From positions 1,152,001 to 1,216,000 of the forward strand of contig CM000434.1 of the NCBI GenBank assembly GCA_000165345.1: 64,000 nucleotides of DNA, written 5' to 3'. Positions 19,714 through 32,867 of this stretch are shown piece after piece. The translations under genes and the position numbers were made by a program. Below the pieces are notes generated by a model that saw only the letters and a program-made list of their open reading frames with translations, was not told the origin of the DNA and did no database searches. Numbering within the stretch: position 1 is the stretch's first letter; each line of letters begins with the position of its first letter.

Positions 19714-20149
19714 AAATTTACCAGATAATTTACTAGATATTATGTAAATTAATTATTTGAGTCTAAAAGATAAATAAAGAATTCATATTATCTATTTCTG
19801 AGGGGTTTCCTCATTAAAGTCAACTAAATAAAAATCTAAAAGCTAATATCTTGCAAAATGCATCTCCAATCATTCTCGTTTGGTCATTAAATTTTAAAAA
19901 TCGAAAAATTTACATCAATTTAAGCTTTTTAATATATCACTTAGAATTTAATATAATTTTATTATTATTTTATTACCCTTTTTTTCAACTATATACCGGC
20001 GCAGTACACGTAATTTTTTTTGAATTTCTTAAAATCCTATACCGGCATTTTTAAGTACCGGTATGCGAAAGCAAAAGTTTTAAAAAAAAAAAAATTTGTG
20101 TAAATTTGTGGGAACTCAAAAAATACCCAAATTATTTCACAACGAATAG

Positions 20150-22804
20150 ATGCGAAAGGGAGTTGTTTCTATTAATTATGGAGATACAGCAGTTGCAGCT
20201 GAGGAAAATATTGAAAACCAAAATGGGAACGAATTATTTGTGGACCATAGAAGAGGAGAAGTTAATGATTTATATGAGAAACTTCAAGATATTACTCTGA
20301 TTAAGGATAGAGAAAAGAGGATTGAGCTTTTCCAAAAAGCTATTGCATTAATGACTCTAGGTGTAGATGTCTCTTCTCTTTATAGTCTAATGATTCTTGC
20401 TAGTGCTACACATGACCAAGTTGAGAAGAAAATCATATATCTATATCTTACTCATTATGCTGAGAGAAATTCAGAACTTGCTCTTTTGATGGTAAATACT
20501 TTAAGAAAAGATAGTGAAGATGAAGATCCTGTTATTAGGAGTCTTGCATTAAGAAGCTTCTCATCGCTTAAGATTCCTATTGCTATTGAATATATTGAGC
20601 CTATTCTGAAGAATGGATTGAGTGATTCTGTTGGATATGTCAGAAAAACTGCTGTAATGGGATGTCTCAAGTTTTTTCAATATTCTAAAGAAGATTTCTT
20701 CAATACTAATATATTGGACATTTTAATTTGTATGTTAAATACCGAATTAGATCCAAATACAATTACTAACTTAATTTATGTATTAAATGAAATTAATCAA
20801 GAAATAGGAGGAGCAACTTTTACGAAGCAATTTATTATCAAAATTCTTAACAATATTAAATCTTTTAATGAATGGAGTCAATATCATATCTTACAACTCA
20901 TCTTTCAAAATCTTTCAAATATTCTTCAACAAGATCAATCATATTCTTCAGAAACCAATTTTAAGGAACAGGTACCCTCTTCTGATGTTTTTCATATATT
21001 AAATGCTTTAGAAGAAGTAATTCGGCATTCAAGTGTTAATGTATTATTAATAAGTATTCAAATATTCATCTCTTTGACGAAACCTTATCCAAAGTTATTT
21101 TCTCAAGTAATACAGAGAATTAAGGGTCCACTTTTTACTCATGCATCCACTTCTATACCGGAGATCTCAGTAATAGTTTACTCACATATGCGACTTTTGT
21201 TTTCATATTTTTCAAATTATTCCAAAGATGGAGTATTTGTAAAAGAAGAAAACAAATGCTTTTATTCTTCATCTTCAATATTATCCTTTTATTATGATGA
21301 ATATAAATTACTTATGTTAAGAAATGGAGATCCTTTTTATATTCAAGATATTAAACTGGACCTAATTCCTTTTTTAACTTCTGAAGATAATATTGAACAT
21401 ATATTAGAAGAACTTTACCATTATTCCTATGAACTTGGGAATTCTTGTTTAATACATAAATCTGCCTATTTAATGTCGATCTTAATAATAAAATATATTC
21501 AGATCAAAGTTGATAATGATTCAGATAACTTTAATCCCCATGAGACACTTGAAAATGATCATATAATTAAATCCTATATAAATTTTTCAAAGGATTTAAT
21601 GGAATCAGAAAAAGAACAAGTTCTTAGCCCTGTTTTAATGGGGCTTGAATTAGTTTCAGAGTCTTTTCCTTGGGTAATAGAAGAAGTTGTTGGAAGATAT
21701 TTCTATATGATACTTGTGGAGAAGCTTAGCTTTAACACTGGTGGTATTTGTTCATTTTTGTGGATTATGGCAAAATTCCCAGATTATGTATATTGTGACA
21801 AAGGAGAAGTTTTAGATTATGTTGTAACAAATTTACTTGATATTTTTGAGAAGGATTCAAGTAATATAGAAAACTTGGTAAATAGACCATCAAATATATT
21901 TAGTATTCTTATTACAAGTTGTTGTAGGCTTTTGTTTGACTCTCCTGAAGATGTGAGACCAGTATTAGGAAGACTTTTAGCCTTTTCAATAGAAAGAATG
22001 GACTATCCAGATGTTAAGGATTTGGCTTTATTTTACTATAGATTATTACAGTTTGACTACAAGATTGCAAGAAACATAATTTTGAATGATTCAATATATT
22101 ATGAAACTAATGAAAACTTTCCACCTTCAGTTTCTATTCTCAAAGATTACTTTTATAGATGGAAGAATGAGAATCTATTTCAAAAGTTTAATACATGTTC
22201 TATAATATCTGAAGAATATAAAGAAATGGGAATAAAATTTGATTTTTTTGGATATTGCCAGAATGATGAGACAGAAACAGAATTAGAAGATTCTAACAAT
22301 ATTGAAAATAGGAAAGTAATAATAAGTGATAATATTTTAAAAGCATCACAAAATTCAACAGATTTGAAGCTAAAAGAATCAGTTTTTGTAGAGCCTGACG
22401 AATTTGAGAGACTTTGGAACAAAATTAATGATAGTTTAGAGATTCAAGAAGAAATTGAACATTTTAATTTTGAAGACTTTGAATTTATGGCTCTCTTTGA
22501 GGACAACTTAGCTACAGAAGGAATAATTTGTATTGCTTCAGGAGAAGTAGACGAGAGATCCTTTGAACTTTTTACATTTTGTATAGTAGAGGACTCTCAG
22601 AATTCGATAGATCTTCCTCTTTTGTGTAAAATTATCATAAATTACTCAAACTCAGAAAAAGTACATTACATATTAACTCAAATGAAGGTAGATACTCAAG
22701 ATACAGAAGACTTAAATATCTCACTGCACTGTAACTTTACTTGGTCTTGTATTAGAAACATTTTTGAGTCAAATATAAGACGACTACAAACCCCTGATTA
22801 CTAG
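20150..22804 (+). CDS. Adaptor-protein (AP) complex beta subunit (beta-adaptin)
   Basis: The N-terminus EKRIELFQKAIALMTLGVDVSSLYSLMILASATHDQVEKKIIYLYLTHYA...DPVIRSLALRSF...YVRKTAVMGCLKF matches the adaptin_N trunk of beta-adaptins (KKVIAAMTVGKDVSSLF...YVRKTAAVCVAKL). 884 aa, ATG at 20150. Which AP complex (1 to 4) it belongs to is not resolved. Confidence 0.85.
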   Translation: MRKGVVSINYGDTAVAAEENIENQNGNELFVDHRRGEVNDLYEKLQDITLIKDREKRIELFQKAIALMTLGVDVSSLYSLMILASATHDQVEKKIIYLYLTHYAERNSELALLMVNTLRKDSEDEDPVIRSLALRSFSSLKIPIAIEYIEPILKNGLSDSVGYVRKTAVMGCLKFFQYSKEDFFNTNILDILICMLNTELDPNTITNLIYVLNEINQEIGGATFTKQFIIKILNNIKSFNEWSQYHILQLIFQNLSNILQQDQSYSSETNFKEQVPSSDVFHILNALEEVIRHSSVNVLLISIQIFISLTKPYPKLFSQVIQRIKGPLFTHASTSIPEISVIVYSHMRLLFSYFSNYSKDGVFVKEENKCFYSSSSILSFYYDEYKLLMLRNGDPFYIQDIKLDLIPFLTSEDNIEHILEELYHYSYELGNSCLIHKSAYLMSILIIKYIQIKVDNDSDNFNPHETLENDHIIKSYINFSKDLMESEKEQVLSPVLMGLELVSESFPWVIEEVVGRYFYMILVEKLSFNTGGICSFLWIMAKFPDYVYCDKGEVLDYVVTNLLDIFEKDSSNIENLVNRPSNIFSILITSCCRLLFDSPEDVRPVLGRLLAFSIERMDYPDVKDLALFYYRLLQFDYKIARNIILNDSIYYETNENFPPSVSILKDYFYRWKNENLFQKFNTCSIISEEYKEMGIKFDFFGYCQNDETETELEDSNNIENRKVIISDNILKASQNSTDLKLKESVFVEPDEFERLWNKINDSLEIQEEIEHFNFEDFEFMALFEDNLATEGIICIASGEVDERSFELFTFCIVEDSQNSIDLPLLCKIIINYSNSEKVHYILTQMKVDTQDTEDLNISLHCNFTWSCIRNIFESNIRRLQTPDY

Positions 22805-23435
22805 TATAATCCTTTATTATTTTATTCAATTTTAATATTTCTTTACTTTCCTAAATAGTAATTTCACACGTAATTTGTGCATGCATGCAAAAAAGTTTAC
22901 AAGAAAATAGATGACGTGTTTGCATGTGGACAATACGATTTTGCGAGGATAAGAAATTTCTGTAGTAGTGGCAGACGGTTTATAATGTGTGTGCATTAGA
23001 GGAAAAGAGATAAATAAAAAATTAGAATAATTAACTCGCTCGAAAAGAAGGGGTTTATTGAAGAATACAAATAGAAATTCTACATAGTTAAGCTCTAATT
23101 TGCAGACTTTGATGGTTAGAATGAGTTTATCTAAGTCAAAATTATGATGAATAAGATTTGTTAATATAACTGGATAATAGGTTGAAATAATACTGGCAAT
23201 GTGTTGGGTATTTCCCGCCAAAACCTATAAATAGATAACACAAGGAGAAGAAGGAACAATAGCGGAAATTGATAGAAAAATATTGAAAAATGGAAGTTCC
23301 AATATTTTCAGAAACACCTCTTTCAATGCAGAGGAATAGAGAGGCCTTTGTTCAACAGATTAAGAGGTAAGTGTGTGTGGGGGTCTAAAGAGATCAAAAA
23401 GGCTCTGGATAAGGTTTTAACTAAAGTAATAATAA

Positions 23436-24794
23436 ATGAATAGGGATTTAGGGGAATATTTTGCTATAATGGGTATAAAAGATTGCGAGTATTATAGTTT
23501 AGAAGAAGTTTTGGAGAGAGTAAAGACTTCAAATATAAGATTTAATAGAGATGTGATGAGAAACGTATTTTTATCAATAAAGCCAACACATATAGATAAA
23601 TGTAGTGGAAAGCAAATTAAGGATAACTATTTGAAAAGAAGATGGGAACTTCAGACAATGTTAGACACTTGTTTTAGGGAGTTTGAAGCTTTGGAACAAC
23701 TTAGACAGCAAGCTGAGAATAATTTGAGGAGGTATGAGAATGTTGCAAGTAAATACGACCAAGAGGAAAGCAAGTTAATGATTCAAGTGGTCAGTTTAGA
23801 TTTACAAAAAGAGATGAATTTGGAGGTAGGATATAAGGTTCACTTGGAATGTCAGGATCAAGTAATTGAGACTCAATGGAAAAGGTATCAACATGATAAG
23901 AAGTGCGTATTTTGGAATGAGTTGTTCAGTTTTGAGATTGAGAGAAAATTTGCAACTGAGGCAAATATTTTAGATATAATATTATTGGATAGTAGAAGTA
24001 ATTTGCAGCTAGGAGGATGCAATGTAATCTTAGATGAGCTTGCAGACCAAAGAAAACATGAATTGAGAAAGGAGATTTACAGTAATACTGATGAAGTTGT
24101 AATAGGATCTTTATTGATTTCTTGTCAATGGTTATATTCGAGACATATTTTATATAAAAGTTATGTAAGAGAATTTAAGCAAAAAAGAGATCAGAAAATG
24201 GAGGATTTGAATACTTATCAAAATGAACTGGCTTGTTTAGATGAACCTTTCTTACCAAAATCAAACAATCTTTCTTTATATTCTTATTTATCATCAGTTC
24301 CAGATTATTTAGCAAATAAACTGGATAACTCACTAACTCAATTTAAAATAAATGGCCCAGAAGTACTTTACAAATATGTAATCTTTATTTCATTTCTTCT
24401 TCAATGGATTGCTAGTGCTACAAGATCATGCTACTTGGATTCTTTGACAACTTGTTATATATTTTGGTGTAATCTTGGTAATGAGGGATTTGCTTCTTCT
24501 AGATGGACTAATAATGGATTCAAGTTTATCCTTTATTCCATATTTATTTCACTTATTATTGATATATTCTGGATGAACATATTCTTTCCAGCATGGAGTG
24601 TTAGCTCTGAAGAAGGTGACCTTCGCAATTTCTCTAAAGTCTTTACATTCTTTAACTTTGTTTGGAAGATCATACTTTTTTTTATAATCTGGAAATCTAG
24701 AAATGATTTTATTAAATTCCAGCAATACGATGAAGCCCTATTGAGAAAAAACAAACATGGAAATCTAAGTCTACAAAATCATCTCAATTATTAA
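23436..24794 (+). CDS. Hypothetical protein with a C2-like beta-sandwich region and C-terminal TM helices. A possible extra 5' exon lies at 23290..23366 (see findings).
   Basis: 452-aa ORF from ATG 23436. The segment VHLECQDQVIETQWKRYQHDKKCVFWNELFSFEIERKF...ILLDSR has a C2-domain-like pattern. The C-terminal third is hydrophobic. An alternative start is ATG 23290 spliced via GTAAGT at 23367 to AG at 23443, in frame. Confidence 0.6.
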   Translation: MNRDLGEYFAIMGIKDCEYYSLEEVLERVKTSNIRFNRDVMRNVFLSIKPTHIDKCSGKQIKDNYLKRRWELQTMLDTCFREFEALEQLRQQAENNLRRYENVASKYDQEESKLMIQVVSLDLQKEMNLEVGYKVHLECQDQVIETQWKRYQHDKKCVFWNELFSFEIERKFATEANILDIILLDSRSNLQLGGCNVILDELADQRKHELRKEIYSNTDEVVIGSLLISCQWLYSRHILYKSYVREFKQKRDQKMEDLNTYQNELACLDEPFLPKSNNLSLYSYLSSVPDYLANKLDNSLTQFKINGPEVLYKYVIFISFLLQWIASATRSCYLDSLTTCYIFWCNLGNEGFASSRWTNNGFKFILYSIFISLIIDIFWMNIFFPAWSVSSEEGDLRNFSKVFTFFNFVWKIILFFIIWKSRNDFIKFQQYDEALLRKNKHGNLSLQNHLNY

Positions 24795-24955
24795 ACATTT
24801 CCCGCCTATTCAATTCATGCACCATTCTCATAGTCTAGTTTGACAACAGATTTCAAATTTAGAAATTAATCAATTAATTACCCTAAATAATTGTCTAATT
24901 AATTTACAACTAATAACTATTCTATCCTATTTCTTTTTTTTTTATAAATATATTT

Positions 24956-24967
24956 GGTACCGGTACC
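24956..24967. repeat. 12-bp palindrome GGTACCGGTACC in a 3'-3' intergenic region
   Basis: Seen directly. An E2F-like TTCCCGCC box (24797) and TGCATGCATGCA (25008) lie in the same spacer. Confidence 0.4.
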
Positions 24968-25489
24968 TATCATAAATTTTTATATTGTCTCGAGATCCAA
25001 TTTTTAGATATGCATGCATGCAAAAGTAAAATAAAGAAAATCAATAGAAATAGAAATAAAATATAAGGTAAGGAAATGAAAGAGTTCCAATGTATAAATA
25101 TAATAAGTTTTCTCTTTTGATTTCCATCTTTCTTTAATTAACTTCTAATGTATAGACTTGTAATAGCAGTAAATGTACAAATAAAACTTATAAGAAGGAC
25201 TAGAAATTTACTCCTCTCTTTTTTTCTCCATTTTATCCCTTTCTTTCTCTTTGTTTCTCTCTATAATAAATAAGAATGAGTTCCCCCAAGCTCTTCTTGT
25301 TCATAAATATAGAGAAACATTTAATATATAGTTTATAGTAATTTGAGAAATTGGATTCAACCAAGTAAAACTAGACTTTTAAATTTTGTCCTTCTTATAT
25401 TATTTCTTCTTATTCTCTTTCTCTGTTATTCCTTTCCTCTCTTCATTCCTCATAATAAACTATTTCCTAAGTAATTTATTATTACCAAA

Positions 25490-26278
25490 TCACTTCCTCC
25501 AAGACCAACCAATATTCTTAATAGAGCTTCCCAAAGCTGCAATCTTTGACTTATGAACTTCTGGATGTCTGTAATGATAAATTTTCTCATAAATTCTATG
25601 GAAGAATCCATAAATGAAATAATAGACTTTCTTTGGATATCCCAAAGGATTATTCTTGATATTTAGTATTATCTTATTCACTTTTTTGTAGAAGATTCCC
25701 CAGTTCTTCTTTAAAAAGAAAATAATTTGATCACAAAATCTTATAGAATTCCTTAAAAAGCTAAATGCTTTACATATTAATTCTTTAATATTAACAAACA
25801 CTTTTATTGATCCTGATTTTAGAAAATGATATATGTTATATCCACAGGATCCAATCTTTGAAATGAACTCACTCTTCTGAATCTTTTCCTTTGAATCTGT
25901 TATAGCTTGAGATAATGATTCCAAACGAGGAGTTGGATAAGAAAATACTTGACTCTTACTCTTAATCTTCTCCTCATATCTAATCTTAAACTCCTCTGGT
26001 TCAGAACTCTCCACTTCCCTTGCTGTTGTTGAAGCTAAATCTATTGCTTCTTCTGTTGATATATAACCTCTATGGTAATCTTTCCATACAAATGAATCTG
26101 AAAGTGAATTCTTTCCAGATTCAACAAATTCCGAAACTTGACCAATTATTGGCTTTGCAAATGTTGCTGATGCTCTTGCTACATTTACCAAGTTATATTC
26201 CTTTTCATCTGATCCCATTATAAAGTTACCAATTCCATTTGCTATGTTTCCTAAAAATGATCTTCTTGTTTCTGACAT
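25490..26278 (-). CDS. Hypothetical protein
   Basis: 262-aa ORF with an ATG at 26278. No recognisable motifs. Upstream (26600..26650) lies an E2F-like GGCGGGAAAA box plus ATGCATGCAC. Confidence 0.5.
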   Translation of the reverse strand: MSETRRSFLGNIANGIGNFIMGSDEKEYNLVNVARASATFAKPIIGQVSEFVESGKNSLSDSFVWKDYHRGYISTEEAIDLASTTAREVESSEPEEFKIRYEEKIKSKSQVFSYPTPRLESLSQAITDSKEKIQKSEFISKIGSCGYNIYHFLKSGSIKVFVNIKELICKAFSFLRNSIRFCDQIIFFLKKNWGIFYKKVNKIILNIKNNPLGYPKKVYYFIYGFFHRIYEKIYHYRHPEVHKSKIAALGSSIKNIGWSWRK

Positions 26279-26767
26279 TTTGAAAAAATATTATAGAATT
26301 TACTCCTATTTATTTCTTTCAGATTCTATTTAACAATACTCACTCTTTTTACAACTCTGTAAAAAATGAATCTATCTTATATTATTTAGGTACCTTATTG
26401 GTACCCAGATAATCTAGACATCACGTATTATTATGATCTTTTTCTCATATCTACATGAAATACTTTGGATTCATTCTCTTTACACTTTCTTTACACTTTC
26501 TTTTTCCAACATAGACCGGACATTCCGTCTTTTGGTAGTATTTTCATGTGCTTTTCTTTTGTTATTTGCCTATTTATTAATTTTTATAATTATGTGCATC
26601 ATTTAGGCGGGAAAACATGCACAAATTATGCATGCACAATTTTTAGATAATATTAAATATTTATTAAAGTATAATAAAATTATTGAAAGAAAAGATGAAG
26701 ATTGAAAATTGAAGGGATATAAAAGAAAACAACTAGATATAGAGAGACAAGGCGAGTGAGTAAAAAT

Positions 26768-28224
26768 ATGATTTTTAAGATTAAAAGTTTATTAAATTTA
26801 GATAGAAATGGTTTTCTTTGGGTATTAGTTAAGACAAATATAGAAAATGACGATTTGAGTGTTAACTACTGCTTAAATAATTATGCCTACAATTCATCAA
26901 AGGAAGGATTCTTAGGTGAAGGTAGTTACTTTAGGGCATATAGGGGTAGGAAACTTTTTTCTTTTAATAAGGATAGTGTTGGAAGTATCTTAACCACACT
27001 TAAAATAGGGTTATTATCATGTCTTAAATCTCATAAAGTTGCTTTGGTTATGGAAAATAACCAAAAGATAATTTTATCTGTGTATGAGAGGGTGATTTTG
27101 GAATATTTAATAATGAGAAAATTGAATCATTCCAGTATACCAAGAGTTCTTGACTTGATTGAGGTACCAGAATCGAATCAAATAGTGCTAGTTCATGAGT
27201 ATCTACCTTTTCAGTTGATGTATTGGAATAGGTATGGTAAATTTTATAGTGTAATTAATAATTCTAGAAGGATTATGGTTTATAGTGAGAAGATTTCAAT
27301 AATAATATTGTACCAATTACTTGTTTGTGTTGATTATTTACATGAACATAGAATTGTACATAGGGATATTAAGCCAGAAAATATCTTTTTAACAGAAAAA
27401 GTTGATGAATCAGATTTGATTTGCACTTTTGAAGATCTGAATAGTTTGGATGAGGATGAGGAAGATGAGGATGAATTGTTTGAGGAAAAGTGTCTTTGGG
27501 AGGATGCTCCCATATTTGAGTCAACTTCAGGAGCAAAAGCTGAACAAATAAGATTATTAAGAGAAAGAGATGTGGAAGAAGAAGAAGAAAAAACGGATTT
27601 CTTGGGGAGGAGCTCCTTAATGCAGTTATTGGTGCTCAAAGAATATATGGAATACTTCAAAAAAGACTTTCCTTCAACAAATAAGGAGTCTGATACCGCA
27701 CTTAAGTTTATTTCCAAGTTCCAAGTAAAACTTTCCGATTTCAACTCATCTATTATAGTTAATGACTCTGGGTTGATATATGATTCTGGTAAGTTTAATT
27801 ATATTTTAAGGTGATTTATAGGAGGGAGAGGGAGTAAACTTCTAGGAAATATCATCATCATCATAATTACCATTAATTAATTAACTCTTGATTACCATTT
27901 ATAATAGAAGGATCTATGTTATTTACTCCTCCAGAGTGTTTTAAGTTGGAATGTACCAAAGATGGAATAGATGGATTTAAAAGAGATATTTGGTCAATAG
28001 GATGCGTTATGTATTGTATCTTGAATGGAAGCCCTCCATTTTTTGGACAAGATACAAGAGAACTTTTAAGATCCATAAAAGAGAACTCTGAAAACTTAGT
28101 TTTCAACCGAGAAGGAATATCATTGGAAACAAGAATGCTGATTCAAGATATGTTGTGTATAGATCCAATTAATAGAATTTCTGTCAAGAATGCGATTGAA
28201 AGAGTAAGAAAAATGTTGAATTAA
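26768..28224 (+). CDS. Serine/threonine protein kinase, two exons: 26768..27788 and 27908..28224, with an intron at 27789..27907
   Basis: Exon 1 has LGEGSYFRAYRG (Gly loop), HRDIKPENIF (catalytic loop) and KLSDFNSS (DFG-like), plus an acidic insert. Track ORF 2 (27916..28224) has the kinase subdomains VIII to XI: FTPPECF, DIWSIGCVMYCIL, DPINRIS. The GTAAGT donor at 27789 and the AATAG acceptor ending at 27907 join them in frame (phase 1). Total CDS is 1338 nt, giving 445 aa. The track ORF 1 starts at GTG 26756; the first ATG is 26768. Confidence 0.75.
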
Positions 28225-28367
28225 ATATTAATTTAGAGGTTATTGTATTTTCTTGGTTGGTTTAACTTTAACTTGATTTATTTGAAATGAATGAAAATAT
28301 ATAAAATTTTGTCTTCTATTGCTTTGATTGCTTTCTTAGTTAATTTGTATGAGAGTATATACAAACT

Positions 28368-30233
<1,866 letters not shown>

Positions 30234-30791
30234 CTATTTCTCTATGATATCTCAATTCCTTCTAATAATCAGAAAAAAACACCAAAGTTCCTCCTTTTCT
30301 TTAATTACAGGCTTCGTGATGAAAAAAAAATGTTTTTTCTGTCAAGAACTTTTCCCGCCAAAATAAATGTCATTTTACCAAAATTCGAGCATCATGCAAA
30401 CATTTGTAACATTGCCAGTAAAAATGACTGCATGTGGAAATATGTCATTGCATGCAGACACGTGTAAATAATATGCAATTTCTGCTGCAATACAATAATT
30501 GTGCGAATATTTAGTGGAGCTAAGAGAAAGAGAATAGTACTTAAGATTTGAAGAATTCATATAAGAGTTTTCTAAGTAGCACACATCAAATTTAAAAATA
30601 AATAAAAGAGTAAATACATCCATATTTACAACAATTGGCTGTATAGATAAGAATAAGAGCATATTTTTGAAGATTTGAAAATAAACTAGGGGTACAAACA
30701 AATTATATATAATAAAATGAGATAGAATTAAATGATTAATTAATATAAAATTGGTCATAAAGTCAAAAATGATAATAATTGTCTCTAAATA

Positions 30792-31943
30792 TTAAATTAC
30801 AGAGTTAATAAAAGCACCAATTTTTTGGTAGTACTCTTTCTTGGGGTTTGGTCCTGGAAGATTATGGTTAGCTCCCTCAATCCACCAAGTAGTTACTGGA
30901 GGATGGAATTTATTTTCTTTCGCATTCTCAAACAACTTCTTAGAGTTTGAAATATGAATAACTTGGTCATTAGTTCCATGCAAAATAAGAATTGGAAATG
31001 GCACTTTTCGAATATTCCTATAGTTTGGAAATACATCACATGGTATATCTTTCTTATAATCTGGAGCTAAAAGAGCATTTAAACCCGAAGCTATTCCAGA
31101 TTGAATAATAATTCCTCCTAAAGGGAGCCCAGACCTATTACAATCAATATTGGATTTATCAGAAGTTGTTCCTGCACCTGTATTCTTTTTCAACTTCTTC
31201 CTAAGTTTTCTAGCAAGGTGTACTGTTGGAGCTGAACCTATACTTTGTCCTAACAGAAAAATTCGATCAGTTGGAAAATTTAATTCATCTCTTGCATATT
31301 CATAAACTGCTTTGATATCTGCATAAATCCCTCTCTCTGTCGGTTTTCCTTTGGAAAGTCCATATGATCTATAATCATAAGCTAAAACATGCGCATTTAA
31401 CTTTAAGCTCAAATTTACAAACCAAGGTAGCATGCTTCCAATATCTGTCGCATTTCCATGACTAAATATGAATACTGGAATCTTTTCTCTAGTACCATCT
31501 CCATTATGAACTGGGGATATACTAATACAAGAAATAGGTATCTTTGATCTGCCACTTTCCAACCAAGTACAAAAAATATCAGCCTTTCTCTCTCCAACTA
31601 ACAAATCTTCCAATCTCTTTTCTATATTAGTCACAGATCTTAAGGTAATCTTTTCTAACCCAAATCTCATGCGTATATACTCCTTCTTAAACTCTATTTC
31701 GCTTCCATCTCGATCTCTCAATACTAGACCGCTCAATTTCGGAGGAAAGAATGAGAATGATGATACCACTTTTCCTCTCAAACCCAAAGCTGACAAGCAA
31801 CATAATGTTGCTATTATGGGACCACTTGGAATCTTATTTTCGTTCTGAGTTTGTCCTTGCCCTTGTCCTTGTCCCTGACCTTGTGCTTGCTGTTCTGAAC
31901 TGTCCAACCTATACTCCAAATTCTTTTCACTAAAATCTGTCAT
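30792..31943 (-). CDS. Alpha/beta-hydrolase of the ABHD17 (FAM108)-like family
   Basis: VFIFSHGNATDIGSM...AYDYRSYGLSKGKPTE...LLGQSIGSAPTVHLA (GxSxG nucleophile) parallels ABHD17's FFHGNAGNIG...DYRGYGKSEG...GRSLGGAVAIHLA. There is an N-terminal (GQ)5 repeat. ATG at 31943. Confidence 0.75.
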   Translation of the reverse strand: MTDFSEKNLEYRLDSSEQQAQGQGQGQGQGQTQNENKIPSGPIIATLCCLSALGLRGKVVSSFSFFPPKLSGLVLRDRDGSEIEFKKEYIRMRFGLEKITLRSVTNIEKRLEDLLVGERKADIFCTWLESGRSKIPISCISISPVHNGDGTREKIPVFIFSHGNATDIGSMLPWFVNLSLKLNAHVLAYDYRSYGLSKGKPTERGIYADIKAVYEYARDELNFPTDRIFLLGQSIGSAPTVHLARKLRKKLKKNTGAGTTSDKSNIDCNRSGLPLGGIIIQSGIASGLNALLAPDYKKDIPCDVFPNYRNIRKVPFPILILHGTNDQVIHISNSKKLFENAKENKFHPPVTTWWIEGANHNLPGPNPKKEYYQKIGAFINSVI

Positions 31944-32365
31944 TTTCCTCCCTTATTCTCTCCACAAAAAAAGCTCCAAAGCAAACCAATATTGCTTTAT
32001 ATCCTCCAATTCTTATATACACACGCACACACACAAATTAACAGACTAAAGTCTCACTTTCTCCTTATTCTCGCCCCTTTTTAATATTTGTAATGAAAAT
32101 TCTTTCAGCTTTAGTTCCTCTTCTTCTCTTTCTACAGCTCCCTCTTACTCTTCTCTTCCCTTTCTGTCTATTTCACTCTACCACTACCACTCCTTGCACC
32201 TTGTTTAATTTTAATCCACCTATTTTTTTCTCTCCTTTACATTGTCCTCCCAATTATATTATCCTTCCTTTAAAATAAAACCCGCCAAAACATGCAAAGC
32301 CCGCCCTCGGGCGCGCTCTGTGAGTTTATTCAATATTTAATTATTGCCAAAGAATAATTAATATT

Positions 32366-32578
32366 ATGGATAATAGTGGTAAAGAAGAACATTCTGCTTT
32401 CAGCTCAGAGTTTGATGGGTTCCTCAAGGAATTAGATTTAGCCTTGAAGCAGACAGTAAAAGAACATGAAAAAGAAATTACTAAGACAAGGGTGGATCAA
32501 AAGGTTAATGATTATAATGCTTCTATAGAGCTTATATTGAACAAGGCGAAAAAAATCTTAGATTCCATAGAATCCTAG
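32366..32578 (+). CDS. Possible small (70 aa) coiled-coil protein
   Basis: ATG at 32366, immediately downstream of a GC-rich cluster of E2F-like boxes (32281..32325). Helical and charged; no homology recognised. Low confidence. Confidence 0.3.
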   Translation: MDNSGKEEHSAFSSEFDGFLKELDLALKQTVKEHEKEITKTRVDQKVNDYNASIELILNKAKKILDSIES

Positions 32579-32867
32579 AAAGGATGAAGTATATATTTTA
32601 TTCAGTTGTAAATCATCCTCTCGTTAATTTTGATAAAATTTTACAAAAAGGAACTATAGAAAACAAAAGATTAATTAGTCTAATTGTTATATATACGTAT
32701 AAATATATATATTTTATTACTACAAAAATATTCATTATTAAAATAATTGTCCAGTTCTCTAATTAAAAAGCTTATTAAGTTAAATAAAGAATTAGGTATT
32801 CCATTGATTCATTGATTCATTTCATTTCTCTTATACCTTTGTAAATTCATATGAGTTGCAGATGATA

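Noticed and set aside
22832-23221. 129-aa minus-strand ORF in the AP-beta / C2-gene spacer
   Set aside because: It runs through promoter motifs (CACGTAAT, TGCATGCATGCA, an E2F box). Low-complexity hydrophobic translation and no homology. Probably spurious.
30375-30758. 127-aa minus-strand ORF between Hsp60 and ABHD17
   Set aside because: It lies across the Hsp60 promoter motifs (E2F box 30352, TGCATGCA/CACGTG 30448). The translation is I/L/F-rich junk.
32093-32278. 61-aa proline/leucine-rich plus-strand ORF
   Set aside because: It arises from a polypyrimidine (CT-rich) tract in the ABHD17 5' region. No start-codon context, and its composition is a translation artefact.
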